Positions 9,766 through 18,118 of a stretch of 64,000 nucleotides of DNA are shown one piece after another. The first letter of the stretch is position 1. The number at the start of each line of letters is the position of its first letter. Both the position numbers and the translations under genes were made by a program. Origin of the DNA: an uncultured Alphaproteobacteria bacterium (GTDB lineage Bacteria > Pseudomonadota > Alphaproteobacteria > Rhodospirillales > Defluviicoccaceae); NCBI GenBank assembly GCA_963786305.1, contig CAWAYL010000009.1, positions 108,387 through 172,386 on the forward strand. Reading direction: 5' to 3'. The notes beneath the pieces are model-generated. The model saw only the letters and a program-made list of their open reading frames with translations, had not been told where the DNA came from and did no database searches.

Positions 9766-11505
9766 ATGCCTATGTTTTGGCGGGTCCTGCATTCCATCAC
9801 GTTTCTGATTGTCATGACCCTGTCGGCGACGGCGCAGGGACAGGGTTCCGGAGGGTCGAGCCGCTATTTCGAGGTGGATACCCTGAATGCCGGTCTTCCG
9901 CCCCGCCCGGCGGCCGTCAATCTCGACACGCCGCAGGCGGCGATGGAGACGTTCCTGTTTGCCGGCCGCCAGCAGCAGTGGAAGACGGCTGCCTACGCGC
10001 TCGACCTCTCCATGGTCGAGCCGGGTCAACAGGCCGAACGGGGGCCCGAGCTCGCCGCACACCTGTATGAGGTGCTGCAGACCGCAACGTGGCTCGACTG
10101 GAACGCGCTTCCCGACCGGCCGGACGGGCTCGATGCTTTCGCGACGTCGAAGGACCCGACCGCCGGTGAGCCGCGGCGAAACATTCGCCTCGCGCTTGTC
10201 AATCTGCCGGACCGGCCGGTCTCGCTTCGACTGGCGCGGCTGAAATCCGCCAACGGTGATCCGGCCTGGGTGTTCTCGAGTCAGACCGTCGAGAACATCC
10301 CGGCGATGTATGCCAAATTCGGGCCGACACGGTTCGAGCGCGCGTTGCCCGGCGTCCTGCGCACGCAGGCGTTCTGGACGCTCGACTGGTGGGAAGTCAT
10401 CGCGTTCCCCGTGCTGATCCTGCTCGCGTTTTTCGCCGCCGCCGTGACCTACACGGTCATCCAGCGACAGGAACGGCGATCGCTGCGCTTCGCGTCGGAG
10501 ATCGCCCGGGCAACGAAGATCCCTCTGGCGCTGCTGGTTTTTGTCGCCACCTTCGTCGTGGTCAAGAGTTTCGTGTTTACGTTTTCAGGGTCGATCAACA
10601 TGATCCTGACCCCCATTCAGACCACGGCTTTCATCGTCGCGTTCATCTTTATCGCCGTCGGGATCATAGACGCCGTGCTCGACCGAATGGCGAAACGCGA
10701 TATCGATGAGTTAAGTGATCCGCAAACGGCCAAGGAACGCACGGTCTACACGAATGTTTCCGCGGCAAGGCGCGTGGGCATCGCTCTGGCGATCATCATC
10801 GGCATCGCTTTCGTTCTGGTTCAGATCAATGCCTTTCAGTCGCTCGGTTTCTCGATACTGGCGTCGGCCGGTTTCGTGGGCCTCATCCTGGTTTTTGCCG
10901 CGCGGACCATGCTCGAAGACGTCATGGCCAGCTTGCAGATCGCGTTCGCCAAAACGGCACGGATCGGAGACGCCGTGCTGTACGAAGGGCAGTGGTGCTA
11001 CGTGGAGAAGATCAAGTTCACCCATGTGCAGCTCCGAAGCTGGGACAATCGCCGCCTGATGGTGCCGGTGAACCATTTCGTTTCCCATCCCATGGAAAAC
11101 TGGTCGAAGCAAGATGCCAGTCTTTTGAAACCCGTGCTGCTGCGCCTCGACCACCGTGCCGATATCGACAAACTGCGCGAAGCCTTTCAGGAATTTGTCC
11201 GACAAGACGATGACATTATCGAAAAAGACGACTGCAAGGTGCAGGTCATCGATCAGGATACCGACAGCATCGCCGTTCGGTTTTACGTCACGGCATCCGA
11301 CCCCGTGACGGCCTGGGAAATGCATTGCCGCCTGCGTGAATTCATGGTCAAGACCGCGGCCAGGCTCGATGCCGACACGCTTCCGGACGCGGCCAACCGC
11401 TCCGCCTACCTGCCGCGCGAGCGCGAAGTCATCATGAATGATTTCAGCGGCGGGAGCGAGGGCAAGGAAGAAGCCGAGAAGCGCCGGCGTTCGGCTTCCG
11501 CCTAG
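9766..11505 (+). CDS. mechanosensitive ion channel (MscS) family protein with large periplasmic N-terminal domain
   Basis: ATG 9766 follows GGGAG. It has a signal-like N-terminus, several TM helices, and an MscS beta-domain block (IGDAVLYEGQWCYVEKIKFTHVQLRSWDNRRLMVPVNHFVSHPMENWS). Confidence 0.8.
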   Translation: MPMFWRVLHSITFLIVMTLSATAQGQGSGGSSRYFEVDTLNAGLPPRPAAVNLDTPQAAMETFLFAGRQQQWKTAAYALDLSMVEPGQQAERGPELAAHLYEVLQTATWLDWNALPDRPDGLDAFATSKDPTAGEPRRNIRLALVNLPDRPVSLRLARLKSANGDPAWVFSSQTVENIPAMYAKFGPTRFERALPGVLRTQAFWTLDWWEVIAFPVLILLAFFAAAVTYTVIQRQERRSLRFASEIARATKIPLALLVFVATFVVVKSFVFTFSGSINMILTPIQTTAFIVAFIFIAVGIIDAVLDRMAKRDIDELSDPQTAKERTVYTNVSAARRVGIALAIIIGIAFVLVQINAFQSLGFSILASAGFVGLILVFAARTMLEDVMASLQIAFAKTARIGDAVLYEGQWCYVEKIKFTHVQLRSWDNRRLMVPVNHFVSHPMENWSKQDASLLKPVLLRLDHRADIDKLREAFQEFVRQDDDIIEKDDCKVQVIDQDTDSIAVRFYVTASDPVTAWEMHCRLREFMVKTAARLDADTLPDAANRSAYLPREREVIMNDFSGGSEGKEEAEKRRRSASA

Positions 11506-11524
11506 AGCGCGTTTCGACCTTCGG

Positions 11525-12286
11525 TCAATCGATCCGCACGGTGTCGCCAACGGCGATCGAGCCGCTCAAGGACACCCGAGCGAAAACCCCGCAGTCGATA
11601 TGACCGAAGCTCCGTTGAAGGATGCGCGGAATATTGATGTCGCGAACGCCGCTGTCGGGGTTCACGGTGGTCGCGGCGCAGCGATCGATGCGCTCGGTAA
11701 CGCTCAGGCGCGCGCCGCCGATCTCCATGGAATTGCCGATCCACTCGAACTCCGACCACGGCGCCGCGCCGTCGATGTAGAGATTGGCGCGGAACCGGAG
11801 GGGATCCACGGGCTCACCCACCACGCGCTCGATATCGCGAATGGTGGCCAAATTGATCACCGACAGCACCCGGTGCATGTGGTCCGAGAACATGTGATCG
11901 CCGGGCGCCGCGACCAGATGAGGCGTTCCCTCGATCTTGCCGCCCATGAATTCTCTGAAAAACGCCTCGATGACGGCCCGACCGGCTTCGGTCCCGAGGC
12001 GGCCCCGCGCCACGATGTCGCCGTCGCGCCGCACGACCAGGCTTTGATCGCGATCGTCGACGTGAGTTTCCAGCTCGGCCAGCCGCTCATGGCGCATGAG
12101 CATCAGGAAGTTGGTTTTGGCAAGCCACTCGGGAGCGTCCGGGTCGAAACGCGTCGACGGCAAGGCCAAGGCGAACACCCGATCGCCCGGCATTCCCGCT
12201 TCGGCGCGAACGTCCACCCTTTCCAGGGCTTGAGCGCTCAATCCCTTGATTGGATATCGGTAGACATGGGCAACCGTGATCGACAT
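11525..12286 (-). CDS. MOSC domain-containing protein (YcbX-like)
   Basis: MSITVAHVYRYPIKGLSAQ... is the MOSC N-terminal beta-barrel. ...RFRANLYIDG..PWSEFEW...RCAATTVNPDSG is the MOSC domain with its conserved Cys. Confidence 0.8.
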   Translation of the reverse strand: MSITVAHVYRYPIKGLSAQALERVDVRAEAGMPGDRVFALALPSTRFDPDAPEWLAKTNFLMLMRHERLAELETHVDDRDQSLVVRRDGDIVARGRLGTEAGRAVIEAFFREFMGGKIEGTPHLVAAPGDHMFSDHMHRVLSVINLATIRDIERVVGEPVDPLRFRANLYIDGAAPWSEFEWIGNSMEIGGARLSVTERIDRCAATTVNPDSGVRDINIPRILQRSFGHIDCGVFARVSLSGSIAVGDTVRID

Positions 12287-12472
12287 TCCGGCATAGCTTT
12301 GCGCCGCCGCCGCTCCCTGTCAACCGGCACGGGACCGGTCCCGCGGATGCCTCCGGAATGGCCGCTGGCGTCAGTTGTCGTTGACGGGGTCGGGCCGTGA
12401 TCGGTTGAGCGTTATGTCGCCTGGGGGGATGCCCTTCCGCAGGTCCGTTCCGTTGCTTGGCGCGGCTATGGA

Positions 12473-12826
12473 TCAATTCCAATCGATCCTGTCGTCTTCT
12501 TCGTCGATGCGGCGCGCCAAACCGGAAGGGCGGGCCTGAAGTTCGACAGCCCGCGCGGCGGCGGAAAAACGGTGTTCGTCCACCGAGCGCCGGTAGACGG
12601 TTTCCAGCTTACCAAGAAAAACGTCGACATTTCGGCATGCGGCCCGGCCGATCTCCGCGTGAACAGCAGCGATGCGTTCGGCGATCCGCGGATGTCTCAG
12701 CAGCCTATAGCCCGCGTTGCGAGCGCGCTCCGCGGGATAGCCGGCGGCCCTGGCGGCGGCCGCCGGGTTTGCGCATTCCACGAAACTTTGACAAAATCGC
12801 TCGTGTCGGGGCAACAGTGGTCCCAT
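12473..12826 (-). CDS. phage terminase small subunit-like (Terminase_2-type HTH) protein, orphan
   Basis: From the internal ATG at 12826: MGPLLPRHERFCQSFVECANPAAAARAAGYPAERARNAGYRLLRHPRIAERIAAV matches the L.p.qerFCqeY...N...Aa..AGYs...A...g.rLl....i..rI signature. No other phage gene lies nearby. Confidence 0.6.
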   Translation of the reverse strand: MGPLLPRHERFCQSFVECANPAAAARAAGYPAERARNAGYRLLRHPRIAERIAAVHAEIGRAACRNVDVFLGKLETVYRRSVDEHRFSAAARAVELQARPSGLARRIDEEDDRIDWN

Positions 12827-13023
12827 GTGGAACCGTTCTCGTTCACTATCTCGGCTATAGGAAAATAGACCTACCCCGTCCGCGTGCCAAGCGCTTGCAG
12901 CTTCCTGGCGGCGCGCGGTGGCCAATGCGGGATCTCCCGCGAGGCCGATGCTTAACGGTTGTAGGGTTCTCGCGAACGTGAAAACGTGGCACCTGTGAAC
13001 GCGGTCTTGCGAAGGACGGACAT

Positions 13024-13914
13024 ATGAACACACCGGGCACGCCGCCCGTCATCGGTATTATCGGCGGCAGCGGCATCTATGATATCGACGGCCTCGAAGG
13101 CGCCCGGTGGGTGCCCGTGGCCTCGCCGTTCGGCGCGCCCTCGGACGAGTTGCTGTTCGGGGTACTCGATGGGCAGAAGCTGGTGTTCCTGCCGCGCCAC
13201 GGCCGGGGCCACCGGATCCCGCCGAGCGAGCTCAATTTCCGCGCCAATATCGACGCGCTGAAACGCGCCGGTGTCACCGAGATCCTATCGCTCAGTCGCC
13301 TGTGGCTCGTTGAACGGGGACATGGCCGCCGGGAACGTTCGTCATCGTCGATCAGTTCATCGACCGCACCTTCGCCCGGCGCAAAAGCTTTTTCGGCACC
13401 GGCTGCGTCGCCCACGTGTCGATGGCGCATCCGGTGTGCGGGCGGCTCGGCGATGCAATCGCGGACGCGGCCACGGAGCTCGACATCCGGTTCGCGCGCG
13501 GCGGCACGTATCTGGTGATGGAGGGACCGCAGTTCTCCACGCTGGCGGAATCCGACCTCTACCGCTCATGGGGCTGCGACGTGATCGGCATGACCAACAT
13601 GCCCGAGGCGAAGCTCGCCCGCGAGGCGGAGATGTGCTACGCCACCGTCGCCATGGTGACCGATTACGATTGCTGGCATCCCGACCACGATGACGTCACG
13701 GTGGATGCGATCATCCGGGTGCTGATGGACAACGCCGACAAGGGCCGGGCGCTGGTCAAGCAACTGACCCCGAAACTCGCCGGCGCGCCGCGAAGCCTGT
13801 CATCGAGGCTGCCACACCGCCTTGGGCATGGCGATCATCACCGCGCCGGAAGTCCGCGATCCGGAGATGGTGGCCAGGCTCGACGCCGTGGCGGGCCGGG
13901 TTCTGGTGCAATGA
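13024..13914 (+). pseudogene. mtnP: S-methyl-5'-thioadenosine phosphorylase, three frame breaks as sequenced (~13296-13300, ~13334-13338, ~13785-13800)
   Basis: Four frame segments join to form the protein: MNTPGTPPVIGIIGGSGIYD...FLPRHGRGHRIPPSELNFRANIDALKRAGVTEILSLS | [13 protein letters not shown] | [32 protein letters not shown]...[29 protein letters not shown]... | [38 protein letters not shown]. Confidence 0.85.
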
Positions 13915-13936
13915 TCCAGCAAGGGAGAGCAAGACC

Positions 13937-15045
13937 TTGAAAGTCGGCCGACCGGCATTACCGGACGCATCTGGCTTGCCAGCGACGGCTGGGCGGTGGA
14001 GATCATCGATCAGACCCGGCTGCCGCATGCGTTCGTCGTCGCGCGGCTGGAAACCCTGGCGGACGCCGCCGTCGCCATCCGAAACCATGCAGGTTCGCGG
14101 CGCGCCGCTGATCGGCGCCACGGCGGCCTATGGTCTGGCGCTCGCCGCGCGCGACGATCCCGTCGGACGCCGGCGCTGGACGGCGCCTACGAGACGCTGC
14201 TGGCGACCCGCCCGACGGCGGTCAATCTGCGCTGGGCGCTGGACGATGTCATGCGCGGTCATCGCGCCAGCTGCCGCCGGAGCGCGCGCGCCGAGGCGGC
14301 CTATCGCCGCGCCGCCGAGATCTGCGACGAGGACGTGGCCATCAACGACGCCATCGGCGAGCACGGTCTCGCGCTGATGCGCGAGGCCTGGCGAGGCCAA
14401 GGGCAAACGCGGCCGGCGTCAACGTGCTGACCCACTGCAACGCCGGCTGGCTGGCGACGGTGGACTGGGGCACCGCGCTGGCGCCCGATCTACAAGGCGT
14501 TCGACGCCGGCATCCCGATCCACGTCTGGGTCGACGAGACCCGGCCGCGCAACCAGGGCGCCAGCCTGACCGCGTGGGAGCTCGGCCAGCACGGCGTGCC
14601 GCACGCGGTCATCGTCGACAACGCCGGCGGCCACCTGATGCAGCACGGCATGGTCGATCTCTGCATCACCGGCACCGACCGGACCACCGCCACGCGGCGA
14701 CGTCTGCAACAAGATCGGCACCTACCTGAAGGCCCTGGCGGCGAAGGACAACGGCGTCCCGTTCTACGTGGCGCTGCCGAGCCCGACCATCGACTGGACG
14801 CTGGGCGACGGGGTCGCGCGAGATCCCCATCGAGGAGCGCGACGGCGGCGGAGGTGACCCGCATCACCGGCCGCGCCGACGATGGCCGGATCGTGTCGGT
14901 GGATCTGACGCCCGAGGCCAGTCCCGCCGCCAACTACGCCTTCGACGTCACCCCGGCGCGGCTGGTGACGGCGTTGATCACCGAACGCGGCGTCTGCGCC
15001 GCCTCCGAGGCCGGGCTGAAGGCGCTCTATCCGGAGCGTGCGTAG
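13937..15045 (+). pseudogene. mtnA: methylthioribose-1-phosphate isomerase, at least 10 frame switches as sequenced
   Basis: Conserved MtnA blocks are spread over all three frames: MKVG | DRHYRT | IWLASDGWAVEIIDQTRLPH..AIRN | [25 protein letters not shown] | ..[27 protein letters not shown].. | [23 protein letters not shown] | [32 protein letters not shown]...DRTTA | [34 protein letters not shown] | [11 protein letters not shown] | EVTRI...NYAFDVTPARLVTALITERGV...*. Confidence 0.85.
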
Positions 15046-15894
15046 ATGCCGACGGCGCCGGTCAATGGAACGGAGCTTTACTACCAGGACTCGGGACCGG
15101 CCAAGAGCGGCGAAACCATCGTGTTCAGTCCCGGCCTGCTCTGGGACACAACGCTGTTCGACGCCCAGGTGGACGCGTTGCGCCGCCGCTACCGCTGCAT
15201 CGCCTACGATCATCGCGGTCAAGGTAAAAGCGCCGAAAGTCTGCTTCGATCCATCGGTATGGATCTTGTCGCCGAGGACGCCGCCGCGCTGATCGAGGCG
15301 CTGAACTTGGGGCCCGTGCACTTCTGCGGCCTCTCCATGGGCGGTTTTGTGGGTCTTCGCCTAGCCGCCCGCCGTCCGGAGTTGCTCACGTCGCTGATCG
15401 TCATGGACACCACCGCCCGCGCCGAACGGCCCGAGAACATCCGAAAATACCGGATGCTCAACGCCCTGTCCCGATGGTTCGGGCACGGGATCGTCGCCGA
15501 CCGGGTGATGCCGATCCTGTACGCGCGATCCACCCTGCAGGATCTCGATCGCGAGGCCGACCGCCGCCGCTGGCGGGCGCGGCTCGTCGCCAATCGCCGG
15601 TCCATGTGGCGGGCGGTCAACGGCGTCATCGACCGGCCCGGCGTGGAGGACGAGCTGGCACGGATCACAGTTCCGACCCTGGTGATGGTGGGCGAGGAGG
15701 ACGTAGCGCAGCCACCCGCCGAAGCCGAGCGCCTGCGCGCCGCCATCGTTGGCGCCAAACTGGTGCGTATTCCGCGGGCGGGACACTCCGCGCCGGTGGA
15801 ACAGCCGGAGCGGGTTACCGAGGCTGTGACCGATTTCCTGACCACGATGAGCGGCCGGGAGTGGAACGGGACGGAAAGACGTGCCATCTCCTAG
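15046..15894 (+). CDS. alpha/beta hydrolase fold protein
   Basis: The ATG directly abuts the mtnA stop (TAGATG). It has the nucleophile elbow GLSMGG, and YDHRGQGKS plus a late GH motif (RAGHSAPVEQPE). Intact 282 aa. Confidence 0.8.
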   Translation: MPTAPVNGTELYYQDSGPAKSGETIVFSPGLLWDTTLFDAQVDALRRRYRCIAYDHRGQGKSAESLLRSIGMDLVAEDAAALIEALNLGPVHFCGLSMGGFVGLRLAARRPELLTSLIVMDTTARAERPENIRKYRMLNALSRWFGHGIVADRVMPILYARSTLQDLDREADRRRWRARLVANRRSMWRAVNGVIDRPGVEDELARITVPTLVMVGEEDVAQPPAEAERLRAAIVGAKLVRIPRAGHSAPVEQPERVTEAVTDFLTTMSGREWNGTERRAIS

Positions 15895-16405
15895 AAACGC
15901 CTGTGTCGCGGCCCTCTTTGCGGTGGTGCTGGCCGTTGCGTGCGAACCGGCCGCCGCCCCCGACTGCCGCGATTCCGGCTTTCATTGGAGCGACCACCGG
16001 CCGGCCATCAACGCCCGCCACGTGTTCTGCGGCGAAATCCGCAAGGGCAAGCCCAAGGGTTTCCACTCCACCCGGCTGAGGGACAGCTCCGAGGTAGTGG
16101 TCGGCGTTCGCGGGATCTCACGCTCGCCAGAGGGCATCTACACCGGCACGGTGGTGTTTGCCGGCGGTCTGACCAAGTTCTCCACCTTCTTCCCCGACGC
16201 CTGCACGGTGGACCAGGTTCTTGCCTCCATCCATCATGCCTCCAATCATATCGAGGGCGACCACCCGGCGTGGGGATACCTGGGCCCGTCCGCCCCCGCC
16301 GACCGCGCCGACGGGTTCTGCCTCGACCACGGCGGCGGGGCGTTCCCCATTCGCATGAGCCTGTTCGACGACGGACGGGTCAATACCGCGTTTCCCAGCC
16401 CGTGA
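15881..16405 (+). CDS. exported (lipoprotein-type signal) EndoU-like ribonuclease domain protein
   Basis: The GTG start overlaps the hydrolase 3' end by 14 nt. AALFAVVLAVAC is a signal peptide with a lipobox-like Cys. Blocks ARHVFCGEIRKGKPKGFHS, KFSTFFPDACTVDQVLASI and FPIRMSLFDDGRVNTAFP resemble the bacterial EndoU nuclease domain (assigned from memory of family motifs). Confidence 0.55.
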   Translation: MPSPRNACVAALFAVVLAVACEPAAAPDCRDSGFHWSDHRPAINARHVFCGEIRKGKPKGFHSTRLRDSSEVVVGVRGISRSPEGIYTGTVVFAGGLTKFSTFFPDACTVDQVLASIHHASNHIEGDHPAWGYLGPSAPADRADGFCLDHGGGAFPIRMSLFDDGRVNTAFPSP

Positions 16406-16421
16406 CCTCGAGGATCGGACC

Positions 16422-16766
16422 ATGGCCATGACCTCCATCTTCCGCGACCGCGACGGCCACCTCCGGGCCTCGGTCGACGCCTTCCCGCCGATCCTCGCCG
16501 ACTTTCTCGAGACCGACGTGGCCGAAAATCCGGAGCGCTGCGACCACCTCATCACAGGCCTGGAACAGGCCCGCGACGGCCTGCCGTTCCAGGCTTACGG
16601 CAACATCTACGAACTTGCCGCTCGGCCGGAAGGCGCCGAAATCCGCAACGCCTACGACGACACCATCCCGCCGCTAGGCCTCTCCCTCGACGAACTGGAG
16701 ACGGCCCTGATAGCCTGGCGCCAAGCGATGGAACCGAACCCAGACCCAGACCCGGACGTGATATAG
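16422..16766 (+). CDS. small acidic cytoplasmic protein (YacL/UPF0231-like layout); candidate inhibitor/immunity partner of the EndoU-like protein
   Basis: 114 aa, starting 16 nt after the upstream stop, with no signal peptide and a net acidic charge (DPDPD tail). It loosely resembles the YacL pattern (F.RD..G... G..Y.L... LSL.ELE..L.AWR). Confidence 0.45.
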   Translation: MAMTSIFRDRDGHLRASVDAFPPILADFLETDVAENPERCDHLITGLEQARDGLPFQAYGNIYELAARPEGAEIRNAYDDTIPPLGLSLDELETALIAWRQAMEPNPDPDPDVI

Positions 16767-16794
16767 TTGGGCGCTGACGACACCTTCACTGTCG

Positions 16795-17184
16795 TTACAG
16801 CGCGGGCATGACGTCGGTCTTGGCGAAGTCATCACCTTTGAACAACAGGGGTTCACGCGTCGTTTTGGTCAGGGCGTAGGCGAAGCAGTCGCCAAAGTTG
16901 AGCCCGGCGGGATGGTTGCCCTTGCCGAAATCCAGATAGGCTTGGCGCGCAATGCGGACCTGGTCCTCGGTGACCGGCGCGACAGTGAACCGGGCGCGCT
17001 CGACGAAGACGTCCAGTTGGCGCCCGGCGCCGGGTCCCGCCTGGTTGTCGATGACGATGGCGGCTTCGAGGAGACTGGCCGCCGAGAGGATCCGCGTGTC
17101 CGCGCGTGCGATGGCGTCGGCAAAGCGTCCGGCATCGGGCTCGTCGAACAGGATGGCCAGGATCGCCGAGGCATCGACCACCAT
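16795..17184 (-). CDS. vapC: type II toxin VapC (PIN-domain ribonuclease)
   Basis: [16 protein letters not shown].. carries the first PIN acidic residue. ..LLEAAIV.. and the [11 protein letters not shown]...LLFKGDDF motifs follow. Its start shares a base with the vapB stop (TGATG). Confidence 0.88.
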   Translation of the reverse strand: MVVDASAILAILFDEPDAGRFADAIARADTRILSAASLLEAAIVIDNQAGPGAGRQLDVFVERARFTVAPVTEDQVRIARQAYLDFGKGNHPAGLNFGDCFAYALTKTTREPLLFKGDDFAKTDVMPAL

Positions 17185-17435
17185 CAGCCGGGCAAACCGC
17201 GATCATCATACAGAAAATCGTCGTGAGACCGGGTGTCTCGCCGGCCATGGGCGGCGCAGCGGCGGCCGATATCCAGAAGCTCCCAGGTCAGCGCCTCGCG
17301 ATCATGGCGCCGGCGTTCCCGATCCAGCCGTTCGCGGATTGCCTGGGCGACGGCCTTGGTGATGCTTTCGCCGGTGAGGTTGGCCAACTCGACCGCCATT
17401 TCGTGCGCTTCGTCGTTCTTGATGTTCAGGTTCAT
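17184..17435 (-). CDS. vapB: type II antitoxin VapB (Rv0623/PSK-like transcription factor family)
   Basis: [37 protein letters not shown]....[11 protein letters not shown] is the typical VapB layout, with a C-terminal toxin-binding tail. Confidence 0.8.
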   Translation of the reverse strand: MNLNIKNDEAHEMAVELANLTGESITKAVAQAIRERLDRERRRHDREALTWELLDIGRRCAAHGRRDTRSHDDFLYDDRGLPG

Positions 17436-17502
17436 GGTTCCAAGGTTGCGCTATACTCATCCTTTCTTCCATTGTAATGTCGCAGGCTCGCAGTTCGCAA
17501 CA

Positions 17503-17612
17503 CGTATGGTGCAAAAAGTCAGCTAAAAACGAGAAAGCCGTATCGGGTCGTCTACATTCGCTTTGTCGGAACGCACAAGATGTAACACGCCATCGACGCC
17601 CAGACGGTATAG
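17503..17612 (+). pseudogene. C-terminal stump of a HigB (COG4680-type, RelE-fold) toxin
   Basis: The frame reads ..KTRKPYRVVYIRFVGTHKM*HAIDAQTV*. This matches the family end ..vvyIrfvGTHaeYDridaetv, with the Tyr codon replaced by TAA (17583-17585). The whole N-terminal two-thirds is missing. Confidence 0.45.
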
Positions 17613-17638
17613 AGCGATCAATCGGAGGGACCCCTATC

Positions 17639-18064
17639 ATGGATATTCGACCGATCAAGACGGCGCGGGATTACGAACTGGCCCTGGCGGCCATTGGCGA
17701 GCTCATGGACGCCGAACCCGACACGCCCGAGGGCGACCGTCTCGACGTTCTCGCGACCCTGGTGGACGCGTATGAAGCTAGGCATTTCCCTATCGCCGCG
17801 CCCGAGCCCGTCGCCGCCATCCGGTTTCGCATGGAGCAACTGGGACTGACTCGCAAGGATCTCGAACCGCTGATCGGCGCCCGCGGCCGGGTGTCGGAAG
17901 TGCTCGGCGGCAAACGCCGGCTCTCGCTCGACATGATCCGCAAGCTGCATGCCGAACTGAACATCCCCGCGAGCGTTCTCATTCAAGATCCAGCGGAAGG
18001 ATCGTCGAAGACATCAGGTAAGAGTACGGGTTATACCAATTCCGTTGATTGGGACCCATTGTGA
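17639..18064 (+). CDS. HigA-type antitoxin / HTH transcriptional regulator (COG5499-like), apparently orphaned
   Basis: ATG 17639 follows GGAGGGA. MDIRPIKTARDYELALAAIGELMDAEPDTPEGDRLDVLATLVDAYEARHFPI...RVSEVLGGKRRLSLDMIRKLHAELNIP is the typical layout, with a C-terminal HTH. Confidence 0.75.
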   Translation: MDIRPIKTARDYELALAAIGELMDAEPDTPEGDRLDVLATLVDAYEARHFPIAAPEPVAAIRFRMEQLGLTRKDLEPLIGARGRVSEVLGGKRRLSLDMIRKLHAELNIPASVLIQDPAEGSSKTSGKSTGYTNSVDWDPL

Positions 18065-18071
18065 TCGTGTT
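18030..18071 (+). repeat. intergenic repeat family B, copy 2 (forms the last 11 codons and stop of the HigA-type gene)
   Basis: GTTATACCAATTCCGTTGATTGGGACCCATTGTGATCGTGTT, followed by the small hairpin GTCCC-tcgc-GGGAC. Confidence 0.7.
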
Positions 18072-18118
18072 CCGTCCCTCGCGGGACCAAAAAAGATACT
18101 TTATCGTGTGCCCGAATC

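Noticed and set aside
12473-13033. Possible prophage or GTA region around the terminase-small-subunit-like gene; also the 186-aa version of this ORF.
   Set aside because: There are no other phage-type genes, integrase or att-like repeats within the window. The first 69 codons of the long ORF have no homology and overlap the mtnP promoter region, so I used the internal ATG at 12826.
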